Program-made: the position numbers and the translations under genes
The notes under the pieces: generated by a model
The model's input: the letters and a program-made list of their open reading frames with translations, nothing else
Databases searched by the model: none
Told to the model about the DNA's origin: nothing
Origin: Podarcis muralis
Taxonomy: Eukaryota
Reading direction: 5' to 3'
Length of the DNA stretch: 64,000 nt
NCBI RefSeq assembly: GCF_964188315.1
Contig: NC_135660.1
Span: forward strand, 66,588,001-66,652,000
Shown here: positions 49,626-63,606 of the stretch, piece after piece
Numbering within the stretch: the stretch's first letter is position 1
Layout: every line of letters starts with the position of its first letter

Positions 49626-52600
49626 ACAGAATGCAGCATAACTAAGCTCAGCAAAGTGAGAATTATCTTAGAAATAAGGGGGTTTTTTGGGGGTGGAGGG
49701 AAACTTAGATCTTCCACTACAGAAACATTTTTTCCTCCATCACCCAAGGGAAATTGGCACTCAGAAAAATATGCACTTCCCAGCAAAGCACTCACATAAA
49801 TTAGTTTTGAAAAGATATCACAGGTGGTTATTTTAAGGTGTAGCTTGATAAACTAAACCACCTAAAATAACACAAGAACCCTCCAAAATCCATGTAAAGG
49901 TGTATATTTCAATTCTTAGAACCTTCACATTAACGTACCTAAGCATAAGAATGTAAGAACTTTATTGTGCTTTTAAGTCCCAATAGTTTCACTGGGATTT
50001 AAATGCATTTTAACTTGGTATTGCGTCCTTTGTCTACATGACACCTACAGTACCTCTTTCTGGAGTGCCTTTCTGAAAACCCCCTGCTAGGGAAGGATTA
50101 GGAATGTTACACACATACCAAAAGGGAGCACTTAGCTCTTAGCCATTTCTATTTATTTCCCAAAGATTAAACTTGCCAATGGATTCTTAATTGAGAAAGA
50201 GATTCAGTGCAAAGGGATGTAGGCATTTTTACATTTCACATGTCAGAGCAGAATATGTAACATGCCGTGCCCCATTGTGTGAAGTAGCTTCTTAAAAATG
50301 GAAAATATTTCAAACTTTGTAATTATGAATAATTCAGGAAGTTAATTCCGACATAATCTATTCTCCTCTCTTCCCCCTTCAAGGACTCCCACTGTGACAT
50401 TAAGAAAAATAACCAAGGAACGGGATGATCCCTGCCTAGGAAGTAATAGTTCAATTTCATAGAACATTAGGGAATATGCTGTAATTTTCTTATAAATTCA
50501 GTTTATTTGGTCAACATTTCAAAGCCAGAGAGTGTACTCTGTACTCTACACACTGCTATTTTGTCCTCCCCCCCCTTTTGCACAATATCACAACTCCCCC
50601 CACTAATCCCTCTGTGAGTTTGATGCCCAGTTCATAAATTAAGGCTTCTCTCTCCAAAGGTGGTCAAAGAGTATTATTGAATTAAGGCATAAATAAAAAG
50701 ATCACCTGCAGGTTACAATTATATATTTATTATCCAGCCCTTATGATGTGATAAACTGTTGCAGGCTTATAAAAGAACCAAAGAACTTAGGAAGCGGTGT
50801 GTGGAAGGAGAGTGTAAGCAGACAAGCCTGGTAGATTTCCCAAGGTTACTGTATGGAAAGTGGTTGGGAATTCTCAGCCAATGGGCTGAATGCTGGCCAC
50901 AGCATCTCCCCACTTTGTCCCACCCACTCCACACAGCAAACAGGATTGATTAAAAATAAAATTGAAGCAGCTTACACTGGTGCCAGTGGAAGTTTCTAAA
51001 GCTTAATTGCCACAGTGGTTAGCCATCCACAGCACACACATTCCAAATTTCCCCAGGCAGCAATCAAGATGGTGAGGGAAGCCTTCAATTGGCTGTAACT
51101 GGAAGCTCCCATTAACCGTGGGGTGTCATTTTCCTGGAAGGGATCACAGCTGAAAAGAGAAGGGTTGAGTCTCCCATGCACTGCAGGTGCCACCACCAAA
51201 AATCACTCTCCATGCAGTACTTAGTCTTGGGGAAAGAAAAGCTCCTACCAGCCTTAATGGTGCACTGTTTTTAAGCCTAATTGTCACAATGGGGGGTGGG
51301 GTGGGGAGAATCTTTGTGGATTGCAGCTGGAAACAAAAGAGTGTCTCCATGAAGATCATACCCATATCTAGCAATTAGACTTGAAAACAGAGAGAGAATG
51401 TATGAAAAGTGTGTGTATATGTATGTGTGAGAGAAGTGCACAGTCCTATCTACTTTGTGTTAGTCCCATCACTGCTGGCATGTGGTCTCCATAAGGTGAG
51501 CCACAAGGGGATCTGGCATTTGAGCAAAGGTTCTCCCCTCCCAATACAGAATAAAGAATGGAGGAGGATTGTGGTCATTTCTCTCAAATCACAATAGGAA
51601 AGGATCGTGAACTGGAAGAAGATAGAGGAGTCTGGTCAATTTCCAATCATTCCAATTTGTACTGATGTAGACACAGTCACAATCAGAAACAAAAAGGAAT
51701 CTGGGTTTAAATATTGGAGTTCTTTGACTCAAAGGAGGGCGGTGGACCAGTAGCGTTAGTTTTAGATTATTTAACCTGAAGATGAAATGCTACCCAGTGG
51801 GATATGGCCAAAGAAGACAGACAGAGCCACGCAATGTTAGCATAAAATAGATCATGCATATTCAAAGAATAAATAATAGGACCAAGAAGAAGGAGATGAA
51901 GCATCAGCCCAGACCAGCCATTGCCACATAACCTCGCCTCCGTGATGATGGGAATGGTCCAGAGCTGAGATGGGAAACCACCACCAGGAAGTAAGGAAGC
52001 CCAGTATTGTGGCCCCTTCCTTTGGGCAACACATTTTCTGGGGAAGCAGCTCTGGTTTTGGCACAGGGGTATCAGATCCCACTCAAATGCTCACCACAGG
52101 ATCCTCCCCTCCTGTCTTCAGGGAAGGTCTCATCAAGACTGAGAGCAGAGACTTGTGGGTCACAGCCTAGTCACTGCTGTTACTGAATGGACTTAGGATA
52201 AATTGTTAACGTGATTGAGAATAAACAGCTCTGTAAACTGGAACTGGAACTGAAATAATAGTATTTCTTATTTCCAGTCATAAGAATCTTAAATTCAACC
52301 TAGTTTTGAAATGTACTGGGCCTCTCCAGCATCAATATGTCCCCTTGCCCACCAGCAATATAAATGGTTGCTTAGAACCCAGGGAATTGTGTGATCCACA
52401 CTCATGTTTCTTAAAAATGGATTAGTTGTAAATATTAAAATATGATCTCGCAAGACATCTCGGATATAATTTTTGATCAAAATATTTAAATGTTCTACAG
52501 AAGATAAGTCAATAGCTATAAGAAAAGTGGTTTGATATGGTTGAACTTCGCTGTCAGCTTCATGCATTTGAACTCTCAAATCTTTCTGCTTCACAGTGGC

Positions 52601-53912
52601 CTTCTAAAAAGAAGAAAAGGAATTGCATTCAAAAATTGACTTTGGGGGATCCCAATGATAAAATTAAAAGAACAGTGGGGAATCTGGTACAACTCCAATT
52701 TCCACAGTCAAGTAAGTACTGTGTGGAGTTTAAAGGATATGAAATGCATCCACAACACTTTGAGACTTGTCCTTTTTAGTTTTTCTTCTTTTAATCTTCT
52801 TTGCCTTCCCCCATTCCCAGCAGGGGTTTTTCCTATGCCACCACCTACAAGGATACCAGCTGTGAGCTCTTTTACTTCATAAGATATTAACACTTTCTAT
52901 TGGCTCTGAATATGCAATGAGGTTTATTGATGTAGCTTGGAGTTTCCAAGGAACTATGCAGTCGAAAATTATCTTGTTTTGGTTTCAGCAGCATGTTCAA
53001 ACGAAAACTCAAGGAAGGATATCCATACTCAGGTGGGAAAGATATGTTTAACACTCTGCTAACAATAGTTCCATTCCAGTTTTCTGAGTTGTCATGTGTT
53101 TCTTCAGACTGATTTGTGGTGTGCTGTTGTTGTTGTTTTAAACTGTCAGGTGTGCACTGGCAAAGCTCTGCTGAGGCTCCTGAACAAAAGACTACTATGC
53201 CTTTAATTAAAAGCTTCCTCCTTGCCATTCCCTTTATTGTTTCCTGTTCAGCATGAGTAGCGGATAAATGATGTATTTCCATTTAACTGCTCAGTTTATT
53301 TGAACAATTAGTGGGGAATTAATAATTTATGCCCCCAGTCATGCTGGTTTTAATTACTGCATTCTTTTTGTTCCTTTTTCTTAATTTTCTTTAATAGAAC
53401 CAGTCATTAAAGTCTCGTGCCCTGCAGAGAACTGAATACTAATTAAAGGGTAATTCATCACTACTCTACCTTCAAGTGTCCTGTTTGCACAAAACCTGTG
53501 GATGTAAATACAAACATGCATAGTCTTCGGTATGGACAGATCCCTTCACGGAAGAGACATATCTTGCACTGGGGAGCTTATGCATATTCAGCTGTCTGCA
53601 ACAGAACACTTGGACATGTGGAGGTTGGGGTGGGTGAGGACCCAATTCTCAGTAAGACTATAGACTTCAGTTCCTTTTGACAATGTTAAAGATTTTCATG
53701 CTACATGAGTTACAAATCATGATGGCTACTCCTTGCTTGTTAGATCTACAAAGCAACTGAAGGAGTCAAACTCAAATTGCAACCAACATTTTCAAATTAA
53801 GGCAGTTTTTTATTTGCATTGTTATTTATCTTTTCTTTGTGCACAGCTAAGTGTATGGCTCAATTAAACTGGGAGGGAAACAAACCACTCTAAAGCTTCT
53901 TGAAAGAAAGAT

Positions 53913-53914
53913 GA

Positions 53915-53950
<36 letters not shown>

Positions 53951-53983
53951 GAAGAGAAGAGAAGAGAAGAGAAGAGAGAAGAG
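53913..53983. repeat. (GAAA)n(GAAGA)n microsatellite
   Basis: Direct reading. Confidence 0.95.
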
Positions 53984-54998
53984 TTACGTTTTGCCAACAC
54001 TTTTATTGTTATTTCCATATTACTACTAGATGACAATTCTGGCTTCAGTGAAGACAGCACTTTGCATGATTTAAAAATTACAATGACACAGAAGATATAG
54101 ATGTGATGGAGGACTGATATATTCTATTCTGCTACTCAAGCTAAGGAATAAGTTGCATTTTGTTGTTTGAAATGACACACTGGCAGCATCCCGACAGAAC
54201 ATAAAACGGATTGAAAAAGATGTTTATTGCTACTCTAAAATGACATGACTATATCCTATAGAATGTAAAAAAATCCACCAGCCACAATTTAATCCCAGTT
54301 TCAAATAGTGTAGGCTCACTTCAAATTTTGTTCTGGAATATTTTATGAACACTGTTTTCACATTTCTTACTTAATATTCCAAAATTGGATTTGCACATTT
54401 GTGGAAAGCATCTCTCCACAGATGAGAAACGAAGGCTCCATTTTAGATGTCATCAAACGGGTACCTCCTATTTTTCTGCACAAAGTGAAGTGGTTCTAAC
54501 ATCACATGTTTACTCCAAAGGAAATCCCACTACATTGAATAGGGCTTACACTTTAGTGTTTAGGACTGCAGCCTTAATCACAATGTGGGCCAGAAAAGAA
54601 TTTTAGAGGGAAGTTTGTAAACATATTTCATTTCCACCCAAGTACTATGAGAGCAATACAGGAGAGGTTTGAAGTTGGTTTCATGGGGAACAGTTACCCA
54701 GATACCAAGGAAAGCTGTGAACAGGAAGGGTTTAGTATCCATGTGTCCCTTTTGCAACACTCCATTTCACATTCCCAACAGTTCATGCATGGATTTTGCC
54801 TCATGGTGGGTTGGGAGGCAGGGAGGGGTCATTAGCAAATTATATCTACTGAGATATGTTTAAGTTCATTTTTTTACCGAAAATGTGGTTAAAACCAACT
54901 TCATAAATTGGTGCCATCCACTGGACAACCTGGCAGCTTTAATTCATTTAGAGACAATTTCAAATCAGTATGTTCACCTTTGCTAGCAACAGACTTAC

Positions 54999-55127
54999 CC
55001 TCACTTGACCAACAAATGCATTGGCTTCCTCTTCTAGTACTGTAAGGTTCTTAGGCAGAAAAGGGTCAAAGACTGGCCCATTGTCATTTACATCTGTTAC
55101 AACCACATTCACTGTAGCAGTTGATGT
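54999..55127 (-). CDS. PCDH15: PCDH15 exon (about 18), 129 bp: [43 protein letters not shown]
   Basis: cag|ACATCA acceptor, AGG|gtaagt donor; DxNDN calcium-binding linker motif. Confidence 0.96.
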
Positions 55128-55390
55128 CTGCAAGAAAAAGGAAATAAAATTATGAAGCAGATGTTTTTACCTTACAGGAGGATACTTAGTGCTTATTATT
55201 GAAATTTGTATTCCACCATTCACCATAAGGGTAACATCCATAAGAATATAAGCAAATTAGAAACCATACAAAACACTAAACTATCTAAAACCATTATAAA
55301 AATGAATGCTACAGAGTTGGATTATCACAATTACATTGTACCTGGTGATACTTAGAAGGTACTGCGTTAGTAGGGTAGGAGAGATGATAC

Positions 55391-55394
<4 letters not shown>

Positions 55395-55426
<32 letters not shown>
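55395..55426. repeat. (AC)n microsatellite
   Basis: Direct reading. Confidence 0.95.
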
Positions 55427-55428
<2 letters not shown>

Positions 55429-56128
55429 AAAGTGTGCACTGTAGATTATTTTTGACAGTATCAAAGGGGTGCATTGGTTGTCGGATGTGTCCCAGGCTTT
55501 TTAGACCTGTCTACCCGTGTACTATCTGAAACCAAAGGTGCGTGTTGGTTGCCAGATAGATTTCCCCCCCGGCTCTCCTACCCAACTGCAGTGGCAGAAG
55601 ACAAGACTCAAAAACTGTTTTGTGGATGAATTATGTCGTCATTTAAAAGTTCAACAAAGGCTGTAATTGTGCATGTGCAAGTAAAATATCCCAGTTACAG
55701 AGCAACTGGATGAACATGAGCTTTTTTTTTTTCCCCAAGGGAAGAAGACAATAAACAGGATGCTTTTGCAATGTGCTACTGCTATTGAAATGTAAAATGT
55801 ATGGATTTAAATAGAGTCTGAGTCACAGAAAAGAAATTACCTGAAAACTGGGAGGGGAAATTTTAGGCAAAGCCTAAAATGTTCAGCTATGAGAGTATAA
55901 AAGAAACTATGAATATACAGCACCTTTGTCTACATACACTGATAGCCTTGTATAAATGATACCCTGATCAAGCAAGGAAGATCTGCCATGCATATGGTTT
56001 CCAAACATGCACACTTGGATGTGTATCTACATCTGCACCACAGTGCTCATTTGGACCCCACTGAATGAACTGGATCATCTTTTGAAGTAACGATGGGGAT
56101 CTGCATTCCCTTTCAGAGCCACTAGCTA

Positions 56129-56682
56129 ATTAAAAAACGCCTGCTTCTTGGGAGAAAAGCGATGACAAACCTAGACAGCATCTTAAAAACCAGAGACATC
56201 ACCTTGCCGACAAAGGTTTGTATAGTTAAAGCTATGGTTTTTCCGGTAGTGATGTATGGAAGTGAGAGCTGGACTATAAGGAAGGCTGATCACCAAAGAA
56301 TTGATGCTTTTGAATTATGGTGCTGGCAGAGACTCTTGAGAGTCCCATGGACTGCAAGAAGATCAAACCTATCCATTCTGAAGGAAATCAGCCCTGAGTG
56401 CTCACTGGAAGGACAGATCCTGAAGCTGAGGCTCCAATACTTTGGCCACCTCATGAGAAGAGAAGACTCCCTGGAAAAGACCCTGGTGTTGGTAAAGATG
56501 GAGGGCACAAGGAGAAGGGGATGACAGAGGACGAGATGGTTGGACAATGTTCTTGAAACTACCAACATGAATTTGACGAAACTGTGGGAGGCAGTGGAAA
56601 ACAGGAGTGCTTGGAGTGCTCTGGTCCATGGGGTCACAAAGAGTCAGACACAACTAAATGACTAAACAACTAAACAACAACA
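56129..56682 (+). mobile_element. BovB (RTE) LINE 3' fragment
   Basis: MTNLDSILKTRDITLPTKVCIVKAMVFPVVMYGSESWTIRKAD..RIDAFELWCW.RLLRVPWTARRSN is hallmark BovB ORF sequence; 3' end ggggtcacaaagagtcagacacaact with a (caa) tail. Confidence 0.93.
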
Positions 56683-59326
56683 AGACAGTCCTATTATACC
56701 ATTACCCCAATCTCCAAGCGATATGAGATTCCAGGGGGTTCAAGAAAGGGAATATCCTGAATTTGTACACTTGGATGCTACATCCTACTGATGGAAAGCT
56801 CAATACATTCCTCTTTTACTTTATGTATTGGAGCTACAAGCTGAAAATAGAGTGCAGTAATTAGAAGCAAAGATGCAAATGTGACCTTTCCCATGAAAAG
56901 GTGTAACCACAGTGACAGTTAACTAGCCAAGATGAAGCAACTGAAGCAGGAGCTCCCATTCTGTACCTCATTACAGTCTTGCTGATGCTCCTATAAATGC
57001 AACTGCAAGTCTTAGAAATTTGCATTTTTTTTCCTGCTCACCAAACATTCTGTTTAAAATGAAATAAAGGTAAAAGTACTAAAATCCAAGTGCTAATATA
57101 CGGAAGGTTGCACCTTGGACAGATTGCCCCCCCCCCCACCCCTTGAGTTATATCTTCATTAGAGAAAACTGTGCACTAAACAGAGAAGGCATGCAAAGTC
57201 CATAGATGGAAGATGCATATACTGTATGATATGTTTATTTTTGTTTTTCTCACGTAGCATTTTCCTTTCCGCAAGAATATCCACAAGAAAATAATGAAAT
57301 AAAAATGTGAAATCTACATGGACTTTGCAGGAAAGTTCAACGAACAACAGGACAGAATCTAGCCTGTTGCTCATTGCTTACTTGACAAAATCCTTACTTG
57401 AGTTGTTTGGTATTCCAATCCCCACTCCCACCCTGGGGAGTATCTTCCCAAAGATAGGGAGGGGGGAAAAGACATCAAAATAATCTTCCTTATGGGCTTT
57501 CCACAGACAGGCACAGAAGAGGGATTTGGTAGATTGGGACCCCCAGACTATATCGTAGAGCCAGTGGAGAAAAAATAACATTTCAAAGCTAAGGATGAAA
57601 GGTTTAGGTAAAGGATTGTGCCATTTGTCAGCCAGGAAGTTTTGCCCGAGGCTGGTTTGCCCAGGCATCCTTTACCAAGTGGTGAATTCAACGTGTGATA
57701 AGACATCACAGATCTTACAGCATGGAAAGAGCTTTCACATTTTCTCACAATTGCATTCAGTAACAGGGTATAGGTAGAAGGAGTCATAGGGAATAGGTAG
57801 AACTCCATGTGGGGGCTGAAGGTCAGAAAACCATCTTGGCAGGCTGGGACAGAGGCACAGAGATGCCTTGGAAAGCCAGTGCTGCACTGCTGGGGAAACA
57901 AGACCCCCTTGAATTGTGAATGCTGTAAACTCTGCATTCCCTCCCTGGAGGGACAGTCTCTGCCACATCTTAATTCCCCACAGAAGCATGACCCTGAGTG
58001 AGTGCATAGAACTCCCCTGGAATCTTGCTACTTCTCGGCAGAGATTGGGGGTGGCATAGAACCTTTGCAATATTACGCATGTGAGCCAGCCTGTAGTCTC
58101 CAAAGCGCGGAACGAAATGTTATGGCAGACACAAGCGTACTTTCGAAACAGCAGCACTGTGTGACATTATCATGCTGTAATCCTCCCTGGGTCCACTCCA
58201 CTGGCTGCAGCATTGTGAGATAGGGAAACATAATATCATGTATTGAGTATCCCTTGATTTTCAAGAGGAGAACAAGACACAACATTGCCATTTTTTTGTG
58301 GCAGTCCTCTGTCATTCATAATATATAATTCCTCTCTAAGCTTGCCTCCTTATGGACACTTGTATCTAAACGCAGCACATGAATTTCACTGTTAAGAGAA
58401 TAGTATCGGTTTAGTAGCAACTCATTGCTCATAAATGCTTTCATTATTTAATTTTAGCACTATAAACACTACTGAAATCTTACATTATAAGCAACAGTTC
58501 AATTCCCCAAAATGTTGCTTCATTTACAGTAGCAAGTATGAACATTTCAGGTGGAAGAAGTGGAACCATGATCCAAAGAAAGACTACTATCCAGGATATG
58601 TTGACAGCATTTAAGAGAAATGTAGTATTAGGCAGTAAATGGAAGATTACCTTTTAGTATTAAGAAAGATCACTTGTCACTAGCAGTCAATTACATCATC
58701 ATTGATAACAAATAATGTAAGAAAGCAAAACCTCCTAACATCTCAAGAGCTAACCTAATTTGTAAAAAAAATGTTCTCTATACCATAGCTAGTGGAAGAA
58801 AACATTTGATATAGTTTTCCTTATGATTTGTCACACAACCTTTTCAAAATGATTTCCCCAGTGCTAGGGGGGAAATTGAACCAACTATATCTGCCATGTG
58901 CAAAGTCTCTGTAGAGATTCTGGTAAAATGTTTTTATATGGCACAACAAGTATCTCAGGTTATGAGTGCAAAGGAAAATGTTCAAAAATGATATGTGAGA
59001 GACTTGGGCAGTGTCCTGGCCCCAGGGAGCTGGAACAGCCATAAGATGTCCCCCATGGGATGTCCCTCGCAGTGTGCAGTGTCTGTACTGGCCATAAAAA
59101 AAAACCAATGGGAGGTCAGAGGATGTGACACAAATCATTTCAGTTGCAGCTCTATTTCCAAAACAGCACATTGGAGGCATTCACACAAAACCTCCCAACA
59201 TAAAGGGGAATTACTGAGGGTTATAGACAGTTTAACAAAGACTTGCCCTGTTTTGGCTGCGCTGCTCTCAGTGCCCTGTTGTTTAGGTCTCAGAAACTTG
59301 TTTTTATATTTCTACAAGAAACTTAC

Positions 59327-59420
59327 CCCATCTGGCCGGCCATCTGAGGCTGTAACAATCAAAATGTAGCGATCGGTGCTTTCTCTGTCTAAAGGCTTTC
59401 CTAAGGCTAGAAGTCCAGAT
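59327..59420 (-). CDS. PCDH15: PCDH15 exon (about 17), 94 bp: (T)[31 protein letters not shown]
   Basis: ctag|ATCTGG acceptor, GGG|gtaagt donor; frame continues from the previous exon; absent from the ORF track. Confidence 0.95.
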
Positions 59421-60705
59421 CTAGCAATAAAACAAACATGTATGTTACATAAAAATATGGCTCCTAAAAATTGACAAGCACTATATATATATATGCTGCT
59501 GGGTTGGTTGCATTAGTGAATACTTCTCATTGTGATTTTCCTCTGTAAAAACTGCAGACAAGTACTTTGTTTTCACATTAAAAAATAAAACAAACCACAA
59601 ACCACTAAGTGCTAGGAATAGACCAAAACTATTCTCACGGAGGAAGTTACAAGGCAAGTATGTTTTTTTCATTAACTTCTGCTGATGCAGAAGATCAGAA
59701 CTCTCAATTCAGGGACATCTTTATTATACCATTTTGAGTAAACTATATTCTTTCCTTATAGCTTACCTAATTTGGCAATATAAGCAGCAAAACAATTGTG
59801 GCTTTCACACACAACCAGTCACAATAGAAATCTGAATTCATGACCAACTCTTCAGGCAAAAGGTTCACAGCAGACAATGGATGTGAACAATCCACTTTCT
59901 CTGTGCAGCTACATACTGAGTTATTTGTATTACTGGCTAGCAAACATTTCCACATGGTGCTATACATGGAGAAAGGGTTTCCCTATTCCCATAGTTCCAT
60001 TTTGCTCAACCCCTATCTGCAGAAGATATGAGAAACTGGCACAGCATGGGAAAACCGTAATTGGTTCTTTAAGAGCTATCTGACACTGATGTGCCATGCC
60101 AGAATGGCCTTTGGAGGTGGAGAGCATGTCCAGTTACTTCCAACTTCATTTTAGCTTTTAAAGGACGCCCCTGGACATGGGATTGTATTTCAAGCCTCTC
60201 CGATCTGCTTGATCATTCGAGAAGTGATCGGTTGTGGCATCCAAATACTAGAATTAAGTATTTTGTTTTTCTCCATTCCTGTTTTGTATTCAATGGCTCC
60301 CATTATCCTAGGATCATCTGAGTTCAATGGAAGCAGAGACAAACTGCTCTACATCAGTCAGTTCTAAGGCATGTATATGCTGCAGCACCATTTCACCACC
60401 AAATTTCTTCCAATTCTAAAAGCTTGCATACATAACATAGACCTGCCCTTCTGTCCCAGGAACATCAAAGTGCAACGGAGATGCCATTTGGGCTCCTACA
60501 ACATGACCTGGCTCTTCTGACGATACCACTCAACAGCTGCCATCTCCTAAAGGGAGCACTGGCCCTGGATTACCAACAGGGCATTTTAAAACTCTTTTAT
60601 TCTGAAATCAGAAGAAACCCTTGAAATGAGAAGAGCAGTGCTGTGTTTATATTTTATTTCTATTTTTTTGCTGTTAATTAGGTGCTAGTTAATTAATCAG
60701 TAATA

Positions 60706-60947
60706 CAGTGGTACCTCAGTTTAAGAACAGTCCGGTTTATGAATGATTCGGTTTACAAACTCCACGAAACCGGAAATAAGTGTCTTCATTTGACAACTTT
60801 ACCTCGGTCTAAGAATGGAATCTGAACAGTGGAAGGGCACTGGTGGTGGGAGGCCTCATTAGGGAAAGCGTGCCTCGGTTTAAGAATGGTTTTGGTTTAA
60901 GAACGGATTTCCGGAATGGATTAAGTTCGTAAACTGAGGTACCACTG
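60706..60947. mobile_element. Tigger-type MITE
   Basis: TA-cagtggtacctcagttta...taaactgaggtaccactg-TA. Confidence 0.9.
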
Positions 60948-63526
60948 TACCAGAGTTACAATATTAGACCTACAGGAGGACTAATCAGGGAAGGGCTGCT
61001 TGGTACTATCCTACCCCTACCTGGTCTGCTTTTCCTAGCCAATAAGAGTGGGTAGGTTTTTGGGTTTTTTTTTTGTCCTGTAAGATACCTGCCTGCAGGT
61101 AAGGTGCTGATTGCAGTGTGGGGTATTGTTTGATTCCTGGCTGAGTAGATAGAGCTGGGGTCTGAGTGTGCCTCCAGAGCCTGCCTCAGTATAGACTCTG
61201 CCATAGCTCACCCTTGAAATGGCCACATCAAGGAGGTCCCATATATTGACTGATGATTTCCCCTTGCCCCACCCCATAGGCCAGGTACTGTGGGTGACAG
61301 ACAGGCCTGTGACCCTTATCCAAGGTAAAAGATTGTGCTCTCGCAAAGTTTGGTTTGGTAGGGTTTCTTCTGAGGGAGACAGAGGAAACAGAGTGTTATA
61401 GTGGTTATTACCTTTGGCCTGGCAGTGCACGATGCTCCTACTACTAGGCCTTAGTATATCATCCATGAACTTAATTTCCCAATTGCATGTAGTGATGGCA
61501 TATGATGGTGCTACAATGTGCCTAGGTAGGCAAAGAAGCAGGAAGTTGTGAAGATGTGCCCCCAATATCAGTGGTAGTGGGCAGGCGAAAATGCAGCTGG
61601 ATCAGAGGGGCTGAGCATGATATCAGGGAAGACCTAGATGTTTGGCTCCTGTTCCTGATTTTAGCCCTGCCACTTCTCTGGTAGCTTTTCAGCACCTGCT
61701 TCAAACATTTTTGTTCAGTCATGCCTTACTGCCTTCATGCCTTACTGCCTTACTGATTTCTTTAAAGTTTTTAATGACTTGTTTTGATTGGCATTAAAAT
61801 TATTTCATGTAAAATATAAACAAAACACTTAGAGGTTTCATTACAATCAAGTTGCTTAGAGATTTTGTTAAATAAATAAAATGGATTAAGTAGTTATGTT
61901 GGTTCATATCAGAAATGGAGTACTTCTGTTTTCTTACAGCTGACTAGAGAGAACCTGTCAAAATATTATACTGCATGTTCTGAACATGGATGCTCTGCAG
62001 AGCATCTCTGCTATACTTGCTTCTAGGGACTGCATGAATAACTACTGTATGTATTCAAATGCAAATATTGCCCATTACTTTCATTGGAATAACCTGGAAA
62101 TATGAATGCCTTTTGTAACTTTTAATGAGTGCACACAGAAAAGCATATTATAAAGTAGTGCTAGCTGGAAGTTAGTTGGCCCAGACATTTTGATAGAGGG
62201 GTGGAGAGGGGGTGGCATTTTGGTTAAATTTTCTGAAGTTGCAGAGAAAGAAATTTCTAGCGTTTTTCAGGGAAAGAGTTTCCCATGATAGATATAAGAC
62301 AGAAAGCTACAGTCACTCATTTTTAAAATATCTAGTAAAAAAAGTAAGCTGGCCACGGAGGCAGACATCTTTCCTTTTGTAAAGGAAGTCAAAAACAAAA
62401 TACCCCTGGGTAATTCCTACTGGACTATTTTGTCAATGAGAAATGCTGTCAGGATGCTACTGCTTAGAGCAGCTCCTTTATCTCTCGAAGAAATCTTTTT
62501 TGCCAGTTAAGTGAGAGGCATTTTCAGCCCAGTCTCATTCAAAAGTAGATGCTGCCCTCAACTTTTGATGGTTTATGCATTTGCAAACCTCCAGCTACCA
62601 GGTGCAACAGTTTCCACAGCCAGACCCCAATATGTATATATATTTCCCCCTACAATGGAAAGTAAATTGCATAGAAATAACAGAAAACAGGTTCAGGATA
62701 ACAATCTGCAGTGGCAGAAGCATACCATCAACCTGAGGAGTGGAAAAGTTCCTAGATTATTGCAGCATCCTCTGTTTTTAGTATGTTGCTTATACCCGCA
62801 TTCACACTGGTGAACAAATGTCTTAGTACATGAGCTTTGAGAACATAATGATAAGACTCTTGCTTGCTCTTTTCCTAATTTCTGAGAGGGGAAAACCTTC
62901 CCTCGATATATCCTTCTTTCTCCATTTACTGCAATTAATATTCAAGCAAATAATAGCTTTGCAAATGACAGGCCCTTAAAGGAAAGGTTTTCACTATTTC
63001 TGGTACATATGCTTTCAGTGTTCCAGGGCTTTTCTTTTCACTAATTAAGGTGGCATCCATTTAGGAAGAATGCTAAAAGCTTTCTCAGTTAGTAATGCCT
63101 GGAATGTCTGGTGCTGAATTCAGACAATGGGCCCAAAAGGTCTTCCTTTTCATTACAGTACATTTCATTTTTCCAGACAAGAAATGGTAAGTAAAAAAAA
63201 AAAAAAAACAAAACAAAAAAAAAAACTCACTGTCATTAGGAGAAACCTGGCAAGTCTAAAGGCTTCTAATTAATCCCAGGTCACTCATATAATGGAAGTT
63301 TCCATCTCAGTGGGTTTTACCTAGTCAAACATTTAAAATAAATAAATGGTCTCGGGTGTACAATTTCAAAGTTCACTACCATTCACAGAGCTCCCATTAG
63401 TGTCTGAGAGCTCAACTTCAAACAGCTGAATACCTCTGATTAGAAGCTGTGTTATTTGCACACAATCTGCATATTCACAATCTGCTGGGAAGTTGAAAAT
63501 TCAGCCATAAGGGTTATTCTACTTAC

Positions 63527-63606
63527 GTTCGAGAAAGGTTAAATACTTGCTGAGGATCTCCATTCTGTATGACGTATGTTATGGGGTCACCCTCTCGATC
63601 AGTTGC
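63527..63606 (-). CDS. PCDH15: PCDH15 exon (about human exon 16), 80 bp: [26 protein letters not shown](T)
   Basis: gaag|GCAACT acceptor, GAAC|gtaagt donor; phase 0 in, phase 2 out. Confidence 0.95.

Larger units (their letters stand above)
1202..63606 (-). other. PCDH15: Protocadherin-15 gene, partial (10 coding exons in the window, about EC6-EC10); the gene continues beyond both ends
   Basis: Ten exons with AG acceptors and GT (one GC) donors join in one frame (1456 bp). The translation matches PCDH15 peptides recalled from human ([56 protein letters not shown]). Confidence 0.97.

Noticed and set aside
57400-58230. Vague gypsy-integrase or L1-like words in minus-strand ORFs
   Set aside because: No consistent motif set in any frame; cannot classify without a search.
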